Positions 57,416 to 64,000 of a stretch of DNA of 64,000 bases are shown here, piece by piece. Location of the stretch: positions 80,675-144,674 of the forward strand of contig CANLBN010000005.1 in NCBI GenBank assembly GCA_947488935.1, given 5' to 3'. Source of the DNA: an uncultured Pseudomonadales bacterium. Its GTDB lineage: Bacteria > Pseudomonadota > Gammaproteobacteria > Pseudomonadales > Cellvibrionaceae. The translations under genes were made by a program, and so were the position numbers. Every line of letters starts with the position of its first letter. Position 1 is the first letter of the stretch. The notes beneath the pieces were generated by a model. That model searched no databases and was not told the origin of the DNA. It saw only the letters and a program-made list of their open reading frames with translations.

Positions 57416-57646
57416 CGATGCTAAGCAAACATTACTCAACGATAAGTGACTATTTAGCGGATGTAGGTTAGCTACCGCCAGAGCATCCGTTATTTATTAT
57501 GGATAAAGCAATTGTTGGCGAGTACTGACGACCCAGTAACAACAATTGCCTACACATTGGGTTTTGATTATCCACAATATTTTGGACGTTTATTTAAAAA
57601 GAAAATGCACATGACACCAACGGAGTTTAGAGAAACTATCCAGTGA
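57416..57646 (+). pseudogene. Decayed 3' remnant of an AraC-family regulator gene
   Basis: The last reading frame gives DPVTTIAYTLGFDYPQYFGRLFKKKMHMTPTEFRETIQ* (second AraC HTH). The upstream frame reads LSKHYSTISDYLADVG*LPPEHPLFIMDKAIVGEY*, with two stops and then a frameshift. The N-terminal ~200 aa are absent. Confidence 0.65.
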
Positions 57647-57663
57647 TGCTTGATTGATAAAAC

Positions 57664-58755
57664 TTATACGTTAAACCTAAAGTGAATGACATCACCGTCT
57701 TTGACGATATAGTCCTTACCTTCCAAGCGCCATTTACCCGCTTCTTTAGCGCCACTTTCGCCGTTGTGTTCGATGTAATGATCAAAGCCTGTAATCTCTG
57801 CGCGTATAAAGCCTTTTTCAAAATCTGTGTGAATTTTACCGGCGGCTTGTGGTGCTGTTGAATCAACCGGAATAGTCCAAGCGCGCACTTCTTTAACACC
57901 TGCGGTAAAGTAAGTGTGTAGGTGTAATAACTCATAACCTGCTCGTATTACACGATTTAGGCCAGGCTCTTCCATGCCAAGGTCATTTAAAAACTCTTCT
58001 TTTTCTTCATCGTCAAGTTCTGCTATTTCAGATTCAAGCTTATTACAAATAGGCACAACGACGGCATTTTCGCTCTGGGCAATTTCGCGTACACGCTCAA
58101 GGTGAGGATTGTTTTCGAAACCATCTTCGTCAACGTTGGCAATGTACATGGTTGGTTTTAAGGTAAGCGGGTTTATCTCTTTTAATAACTCTTTTTCGTC
58201 ATCACTTATATTAAGCGAGCGCAGTGGTTTTGCTTCATCCAAGTGCGGGATAATTTTTTCCATCAATGCTTTCATGGCAATTGCATGAGTGTCCTTACCT
58301 TTAGCGGCACGAGTGTAGCGATTAAGGGCTTTTTCTGCGCTATCGAGGTCGGCAAGGGCAAGCTCGGTATTAATAATTTCGATATCGGCAATGGGGTCAA
58401 TTTGACCGGCTACATGGATGATGTTTTCGTCTTCAAAGCAGCGTACTACATGGGCAATAGCATCTGTCTCACGGATATTAGCCAAAAATTTATTGCCAAG
58501 GCCTTCGCCTTTTGACGCGCCTGCAACCAGGCCTGCTATATCGACAAATTCCATGGTGGTAGGGATAATTTTTTCAGGCTTTACGATATCGGCCAATTGG
58601 TTAAGGCGAGTATCGGGAACCGGCACAATACCGGAGTTGGGTTCTATCGTACAAAATGGGAAGTTTTCGGCATCGATCCCCGCTTTGGTTAATGCATTAA
58701 ATAAAGTTGATTTGCCGACGTTAGGTAGGCCAACAATGCCACAGTTAAAACCCAT
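57664..58755 (-). CDS. ychF: Ribosome-binding ATPase YchF
   Basis: [23 protein letters not shown]...FCTIEPN and the C-terminal TGS-like ...[11 protein letters not shown]. Confidence 0.96.
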   Translation of the reverse strand: MGFNCGIVGLPNVGKSTLFNALTKAGIDAENFPFCTIEPNSGIVPVPDTRLNQLADIVKPEKIIPTTMEFVDIAGLVAGASKGEGLGNKFLANIRETDAIAHVVRCFEDENIIHVAGQIDPIADIEIINTELALADLDSAEKALNRYTRAAKGKDTHAIAMKALMEKIIPHLDEAKPLRSLNISDDEKELLKEINPLTLKPTMYIANVDEDGFENNPHLERVREIAQSENAVVVPICNKLESEIAELDDEEKEEFLNDLGMEEPGLNRVIRAGYELLHLHTYFTAGVKEVRAWTIPVDSTAPQAAGKIHTDFEKGFIRAEITGFDHYIEHNGESGAKEAGKWRLEGKDYIVKDGDVIHFRFNV

Positions 58756-58856
58756 AATGTTGATTCCGTTTTAGGAGCGCTTGAAAAGTGTGCTTATGCT
58801 AAGGATTTGAGCTTTAAGGTCAAGTGTTTTAATCGTTTATTACATGAACTGTTTGA

Positions 58857-59438
58857 TTACTGGGTGTGTAAATCCTTCATGGCTTTATTCCAGTCGCCAT
58901 TTACCACATCGGGTAGTGCGCGTAGGCTATTATGGATACTCTCTTCAATTAATTGTTGTTCGGCTACTGGCGCTTTACGCAACACATAATTGCTTACAAG
59001 CTTGGCGCTACCGGGGTGATCAATGCCTATGCGTAGGCGACAAAAGTTTTTATTATTGCCGAGTGCTTTAATAATATCTTTTAGGCCATTATGGCCGCCG
59101 TGGCCACCACCAATTTTAAGTCGTGCAACACCCGGTGCTAAATCGAGTTCATCGTGTGCGACAAGGATATTCTCTGGCTCAATTTTATAAAACTGTGCGA
59201 TAGCACCAACGGATTTGCCGCTTAAGTTCATAAAAGTAGTTGGGATTAATAAGCGCACATCGCGGCTACCTACAAAAATGCGGGTCGATAAGCCAAAAAA
59301 CTTGCTCTCGGCAACTAATGGTGTGCTGTATTGGCGTGCAAGCTCGGCGACAAAGTCTGCACCAGCATTATGGCGGGTACGATCATATTCAGCTCCAGGG
59401 TTACCTAGGCCAACAATAAGTTTGATGATGTTATCCAA
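58857..59438 (-). CDS. pth: Peptidyl-tRNA hydrolase
   Basis: [20 protein letters not shown]...[12 protein letters not shown] are the Pth signatures. Confidence 0.95.
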   Translation of the reverse strand: MDNIIKLIVGLGNPGAEYDRTRHNAGADFVAELARQYSTPLVAESKFFGLSTRIFVGSRDVRLLIPTTFMNLSGKSVGAIAQFYKIEPENILVAHDELDLAPGVARLKIGGGHGGHNGLKDIIKALGNNKNFCRLRIGIDHPGSAKLVSNYVLRKAPVAEQQLIEESIHNSLRALPDVVNGDWNKAMKDLHTQ

Positions 59439-59566
59439 GAATGCCTCGCTTTAAGACTTGCAGCAAATAGATTATTTTAAAGGGTGTGAAGAAATAGTTG
59501 GAGTGTTTTGGCAGGTTAACAATGCGAGTAATAAAAACGAAATAAGAAAGCAACTAAGTAGAGTGT

Positions 59567-59597
59567 AAGCCTGTAACAGTAACATTGTTACAGGCTT
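59567..59597 (-). terminator. Strong hairpin downstream of rplY
   Basis: aagcctgtaaca / tgttacaggctt 12-bp perfect stem. No clear U-run. Confidence 0.45.
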
Positions 59598-59610
59598 ATC
59601 AATAGAGTAC

Positions 59611-60258
59611 TTACTCAGCGCTATCTTCGCCTTCGCTCTCGCCTTCTTCTTCACTTGCTTCTTCGGTGCTTGCACCTTTAGGCTTGTGAATAGAAGCAAT
59701 AGGAAGATCGTGATCTTCGCCGTGTGCAAGTGCAACAGACTCAACACCTTTGGGTAAGGTAAGGTCTGAGATGTGCAAGATTGAATCTAGCTCAAGAGTC
59801 GCTACGTCAACTTCGATAAACTCAGGAAGGTCAGCAGGTAGACAGCTGATTTCTAGGTCAGTCATTGTGTGCGATAAAATACCACCTTGTGTTTTAACAC
59901 CTACTGCAATGTCTTCGTTAATAAAGTGCAGTGGTACACGAGTTGTTAACTTTTGGTTCTTCGATACGCGCAAGAAATCTGCGTGCATAACAACAGGTTT
60001 AGCAGGGTGACGTTGTAGGTCTTTCAAAATAACATCTTCTGTTTTACCGCCAACATCCAAAGTGATGATGTGCGAGTAAAAAGCTTCGTTTTCTAAGTGC
60101 TTTAGAAAATCTTTGCCAATAATAGAGATGCTTTGTGGATTTTTAGTGCCACCATAAATAACTGATGGTACTAAACCCTGGTGACGAAGGCGGCGGCTCG
60201 CACCTTTCCCTTGGTCTTCACGGGCTTCGGCATGTAATACAAAGTCTTCATTTGACAT
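59611..60258 (-). CDS. rplY: 50S ribosomal protein L25 / general stress protein Ctc
   Basis: [21 protein letters not shown] is the L25 N-domain, with a Ctc-type C-domain and acidic tail. ATG at 60258. Confidence 0.92.
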   Translation of the reverse strand: MSNEDFVLHAEAREDQGKGASRRLRHQGLVPSVIYGGTKNPQSISIIGKDFLKHLENEAFYSHIITLDVGGKTEDVILKDLQRHPAKPVVMHADFLRVSKNQKLTTRVPLHFINEDIAVGVKTQGGILSHTMTDLEISCLPADLPEFIEVDVATLELDSILHISDLTLPKGVESVALAHGEDHDLPIASIHKPKGASTEEASEEEGESEGEDSAE

Positions 60259-60409
60259 TGTAAATGTCCTCATTAAAAAACTGTTGCCATTTGCGACCAT
60301 GACAACAGCTGTTAGTAGTATCTATTACATAACTATTTGTTTTCTACTCAATAGTTAGCAATAGGGTTTTTCCAAAACAGATGTTTATTAATATTTTGAC
60401 GAAAAGTAA

Positions 60410-61351
60410 TTAATTAAACATCGCGCTTAAGGATTCTTCGTTGTTTAGCCTGCGAATGGCTTCTGCCATTGTTGAGGCTAAACTTAATTGTCGTATTTTA
60501 CTGCAAGAGCGTGCTGCATCGCTTAATGGGATGGAGTCAGTAACGACGAGTTCGTCGATCTCTGAGCCATTGATATTATCGATAGCTTTACCCGAGAGAA
60601 CAGGGTGTGTTGCATAGGCAACGACTTTGGTTGCGCCATAGTTTTTTAATGCCTTTGATGCACCGCAAAGCGTGCCAGCGGTATCAACCATGTCATCAAC
60701 CAAAATACAGACTTTACCTTCTACTTCACCAATTAGGTTCATTACTTCGGCCATATTGGCTTTGGGACGACGTTTATCAATAATAGCGAGATCAATACTA
60801 AGCTGTTTGGCCACTGCGCGCGCGCGTACAACACCACCAACATCGGGTGATACCACAACGGACTCGTCGTATTTTTGGTTATTGATGTCGTTGAGTAAAA
60901 TAGGTGTACCGTAAATGTTATCAACGGGTACATCAAAAAAGCCCTGAATTTGTTCGGCGTGTAGGTCGAGTGTTAATACACGATCAATACCCGCATTGAC
61001 CATCATATCGGCAACAACTTTAGCGGTAATGGGCACGCGTGCAGAGCGTACGCGGCGATCTTGTCGTGCGTAGCCAAAGTAAGGCACAACGGCAGTAATA
61101 CGCCCAGCAGATGCACGGCGTAGTGCATCAACTAGAATAATTAATTCCATTAAATTTAAGTGTGTGGGAGCACAGGTTGATTGCACAACAAAAACATCGC
61201 GACCGCGAACATTTTCGTTAATTTCTATGGATATCTCACCATCTGAAAATTGGGTGACTGTTGCATCCCCAAGGCGCATGCCAAGTTTGTTAACGATGTC
61301 CTTGGCGAGTGCTTGGTTGGCAGTGCCGGTAAATACCATAAAGTCTGACAC
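60410..61351 (-). CDS. prs: Ribose-phosphate pyrophosphokinase
   Basis: [13 protein letters not shown]...[11 protein letters not shown]...[12 protein letters not shown] are the PRPP synthetase motifs. Confidence 0.96.
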   Translation of the reverse strand: MSDFMVFTGTANQALAKDIVNKLGMRLGDATVTQFSDGEISIEINENVRGRDVFVVQSTCAPTHLNLMELIILVDALRRASAGRITAVVPYFGYARQDRRVRSARVPITAKVVADMMVNAGIDRVLTLDLHAEQIQGFFDVPVDNIYGTPILLNDINNQKYDESVVVSPDVGGVVRARAVAKQLSIDLAIIDKRRPKANMAEVMNLIGEVEGKVCILVDDMVDTAGTLCGASKALKNYGATKVVAYATHPVLSGKAIDNINGSEIDELVVTDSIPLSDAARSCSKIRQLSLASTMAEAIRRLNNEESLSAMFN

Positions 61352-61418
61352 GATGGGATACCTTAGAAACTAGTTTTTAGATTTTTTGAGGGTCGCTAGA
61401 CGGCGATATTGATTAAAA

Positions 61419-61493
61419 TGGCTGGGGTGGGAGGACTTGAACCTCCGCATGGCGGGATCAAAACCCGCTGCCTTACCACTTGGCTACACCCCA
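61419..61493 (-). tRNA. tRNA-Gln (anticodon UUG)
   Basis: The reverse complement TGGGGTGTAGCCAAGTGGTAAGGCAGCGGGTTTTGATCCCGCCATGCGGAGGTTCAAGTCCTCCCACCCCAGCCA folds as a cloverleaf with anticodon loop TTTTGAT and an encoded CCA. Position between prs and ispE matches Pseudomonas. Confidence 0.93.
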
Positions 61494-61579
61494 ATAAACT
61501 TTTTAATGCTTGCTTATCTTGAATGTCATTAAGCAAACACTACTTAAAGAATACATACTAGCAAACATTTTCTGTAAAT

Positions 61580-62461
61580 CTACTCATCGTTTAAAAAAGA
61601 TAACACGGGTGATTGGTTAATGCCTTTCGCTAAAAAGCATTGCCAGCCGTTGTCTTTTGCTAACGATTTGGCTTGTGCTAATACCGCTTTTGCTTGGTTT
61701 TCATTAGAAAACGCGGCAAATACACAAGCTCCGGTTCCTGTGAGCTTGGCATCCGAGAAGTTATTAAGCCATTTAATGGCCTTTTTTACCTCAGGATACC
61801 TCTGGCAAACGACATTTTCGCAATCATTTTTGCCGCCCTGCTCAAAGAAGGCCGCTACTGTAATGGCGAGGGTGTCTCTTGTCAATTCTTCTCTAGAAAA
61901 AATATCTGCCGTGGGCACATGACAATCGGGTTTTATGACCATAAACCATTGTTCAGCTAACTCGACTTTTTGTAATTTTTCACCAATACCTTCGGCCCAG
62001 GCACTGAAACCATTGATAAATACGGGTACGTCGGCACCTAGTTTAACCCCTATATTGCAAAGAGTTTGCGAGGAAAGTTGGGCTTTCCACAGGTGGTTCA
62101 GGGCGATGAGCGTTGTTGCGGCATTAGAGCTACCACCGCCTAGTCCGCCACCCATCGGTAATTTTTTATCAATATTGATATCGATACCGACTAAATTTGC
62201 CTTTGAGGCGATATCAGGATGAGCGAGGATGTATTTTTTAAGTGCGAGAGCAGCTTTAATAATGAGGTTGTCTTGATAACTAACTCCAGAGATCGCTGGG
62301 GTTAAGGTAATCTCATCGTCATCTCTGTATGCAAAATGCAGCGTATCGCCATAATCGAGGAGTTGAAAGAGAGTTTGCAGCTCATGATAACCATCGTCTC
62401 TCCGGCCAGTAATGTGCAAAAAAAGGTTGAGCTTGGCTGGGGAGGCTAGTGATAAAATCAT
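61580..62461 (-). CDS. ispE: 4-diphosphocytidyl-2-C-methyl-D-erythritol kinase
   Basis: [26 protein letters not shown]...[17 protein letters not shown] is the GHMP kinase motif. ATG at 62461 preferred over the track start at 62515. Confidence 0.9.
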   Translation of the reverse strand: MILSLASPAKLNLFLHITGRRDDGYHELQTLFQLLDYGDTLHFAYRDDDEITLTPAISGVSYQDNLIIKAALALKKYILAHPDIASKANLVGIDINIDKKLPMGGGLGGGSSNAATTLIALNHLWKAQLSSQTLCNIGVKLGADVPVFINGFSAWAEGIGEKLQKVELAEQWFMVIKPDCHVPTADIFSREELTRDTLAITVAAFFEQGGKNDCENVVCQRYPEVKKAIKWLNNFSDAKLTGTGACVFAAFSNENQAKAVLAQAKSLAKDNGWQCFLAKGINQSPVLSFLNDE

Positions 62462-62561
62462 TGTTAAATATCGAATTAAACGAGGGTTAAGCCGCGTTAG
62501 GCTATAGATAAGCACGCCATTTTTATCTAAGTGCCTGCTTACGGGTAGCTAGTATAGTGTA

Positions 62562-62999
62562 TTAGTCTCCGACACTACTAGAGCCTGTATCTATCGAGCA
62601 GTGACCAGAATTACCTGTTTTTCGCTTTTGGGCGAGCGTGCTTACATAATTTATATTTCCATCAAAAAATAAATTGGCCACCTCTTGTCGCAATGTCCTG
62701 ACGAGTTCGCTGTTGCCTATTGTATTAACTGCTTCTTGCTCTGCTAAAAAACTCACAAAAGCATAGCCTATATATCGACTAGGATAGTGTTTTTGGTGGG
62801 TAATAGTTTTTATTTGGCCTTCGCTGTAAAACTCTTTAGAGCCATATGCTGTTGCTAAGTCTGTAGGGAGTTTATTTAAAAAATGCCCTATAGCTCGCTT
62901 TTTTTGCCAGTTCTTTATGATCTTCATAAGCTCAGCGTAAACCGATACTTTTTGTTTATCAAGCGCTGCTACTAGGTGGTGGTTTAGAGGATTGTCCAT
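62562..62999 (-). CDS. Hypothetical protein inserted between lolB and ispE
   Basis: 167-aa track ORF. Plausible starts are 62999 (MDNPLNHH, overlapping the lolB 3' end) or 62927 (MKIIKNWQKKRAIGHFLNKLP). No family recognised with confidence. Confidence 0.5.
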   Translation of the reverse strand: MDNPLNHHLVAALDKQKVSVYAELMKIIKNWQKKRAIGHFLNKLPTDLATAYGSKEFYSEGQIKTITHQKHYPSRYIGYAFVSFLAEQEAVNTIGNSELVRTLRQEVANLFFDGNINYVSTLAQKRKTGNSGHCSIDTGSSSVGD

Positions 63000-63631
63000 T
63001 GACGAATAAGCAAGGTGAGGCGAGTCCCGTTTTGTGTGGCTTTGATTCGGCCCGGCAACAACCAAGACTCAACGGGTTTGTAACGGCTATATTCCAGTGA
63101 CCAATTGGACTGCTCAAGTAAGCTCAGTGTATTTAAATCTGGATCATAACTGATATTGCTAATTTGTCGTTCGGGGTTGGCAGTTGCGCGTATCCAGTGA
63201 ATAAAATCGTTAAATGGTAGGCTCCAGCCAAATGAGTTAAAGATTAACTCATCAACGTTATTTGACCTGACGGGTGCTTTGCCCGGTTGTTTTATTTCTG
63301 CACTGTACTGTGTGCCCGTAATAACGGCGCTACCTTGGCCTAATGGACCTTGAACTTTTATCGTAAAGTTATCTTCGAGCTGTTGCCAATTAATGGTCAC
63401 ACTCCCGTTTTTTTGTGGGGAGCGAATACCTAACTTGCCACTTATTTGCCAAGACAGTGGTGGCGGGTTTAGTGCATTGGCGCGATTAAGTGGGTCAAGT
63501 TGAGTTTTGGGAGGGCTTGTTGTGCAGCCGCTAATGATCAATAGCAGGCTAAATACCATTAATAAACGATAAACACTCAAGGGTGTTTTAGCGGCTAAGG
63601 GCTTTAGTATCATTGGCTTAAGGCTGTGCAT
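62984..63631 (-). CDS. lolB: Outer-membrane lipoprotein LolB
   Basis: Lipobox LLIISGC at residues ~30-36. About 215 aa. Conserved TPR-lolB-ispE-prs context. Confidence 0.85.
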   Translation of the reverse strand: MHSLKPMILKPLAAKTPLSVYRLLMVFSLLLIISGCTTSPPKTQLDPLNRANALNPPPLSWQISGKLGIRSPQKNGSVTINWQQLEDNFTIKVQGPLGQGSAVITGTQYSAEIKQPGKAPVRSNNVDELIFNSFGWSLPFNDFIHWIRATANPERQISNISYDPDLNTLSLLEQSNWSLEYSRYKPVESWLLPGRIKATQNGTRLTLLIRQWTIL

Positions 63632-64000
63632 TGAGCCTGCGCATAACTGCTGGTATTTGTGTGTCGTCTGGATTTTCTTCTAAATTCTTGTTCCATATTT
63701 GTAGGGCTTCTTGCTGATTGCCGTTTACCCATAGCACTTCGCCTAAGTGAGATGCAATTTCGGGGTCAGGAAATTGTTCAAATGCTTGACGTAGGTATGG
63801 GATCGCTTCATCAAAGCGGCCAAGCTTAAATAAAACCCAGCCCATACTGTCTAAAATAGCGGAGTCTTTGGGCCTAATCCCTATGGCTTTTTTAATGAGC
63901 ATATAAGCTTCTTGATGGCGCTCGGTTCTGTTGGTAAGAAAGTAGCCCAGCGCATTTAATATGGCAGCGTTTTCAGGCTCTAAATTAAGTGCGTGACGAA
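63618..64000 (-). CDS. Tetratricopeptide-repeat protein (partial; 5' end outside window)
   Basis: The frame stays open to the window edge: FVTHALNLEPENAAILNALGYFLTNRTERHQEAYMLIKKAIGIRPKDSAILDSMGWVLFKLGRFDEAIPYLRQAFE is TPR-like. It overlaps the lolB start by 14 nt. Confidence 0.75.
   Translation of the reverse strand, partial: RHALNLEPENAAILNALGYFLTNRTERHQEAYMLIKKAIGIRPKDSAILDSMGWVLFKLGRFDEAIPYLRQAFEQFPDPEIASHLGEVLWVNGNQQEALQIWNKNLEENPDDTQIPAVMRRLNAQP

Noticed and set aside
58243-58774. + strand ORFs of 90 and 118 aa within ychF, and the 57636..57935 minus-strand ORF in another frame
   Set aside because: They overlap the highly conserved ychF coding sequence and are frame or antisense artefacts.

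Overview
This 64-kb window comes from an AT-rich gammaproteobacterial chromosome. Protein sequences and Pseudomonas/Vibrio-type gene order suggest a marine Alteromonadales-like organism; that is an inference, since no search was run. Most of the window is housekeeping genes in familiar arrangements: fabA | galU, rplM-rpsI-petA-pet(BC)-sspA-sspB, tRNA-Arg(ACG), dusC, bolA, trhO, tadA, mltF, valS-holC-pepA divergent from lptF-lptG, rlmA, rdgC, fhs, a cspA-like gene, and ychF-pth-rplY-prs-tRNA-Gln-ispE-lolB-TPR. Between these lie poorly characterised genes: large polytopic membrane proteins, DUF-type proteins, an autotransporter, an orphan Anbu proteasome homologue and a radical-SAM module. I saw no rRNA, CRISPR array, integrase, transposase, prophage or recognisable defence or toxin-antitoxin system. 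I cannot point to one clear-cut novel system. The observations most worth a second look are: (1) an in-frame cytochrome b-c1 fusion with an extra two-helix spacer; (2) three direct copies of the tRNA-Arg 3' end with tRNA-derived GC-rich debris, bracketing a single DUF4105 gene and no integrase; (3) a ~270-bp MITE-like nested inverted-repeat element; (4) a radical SAM / DUF547 / secreted catalase-core-like module; (5) a translationally coupled DUF2269 - DCC/DUF4166 - saccharopine-dehydrogenase-like operon; (6) an extra gene wedged into the conserved lolB-ispE junction. All family assignments come from reading the translated sequences by eye and recalling motifs. None is a database result.
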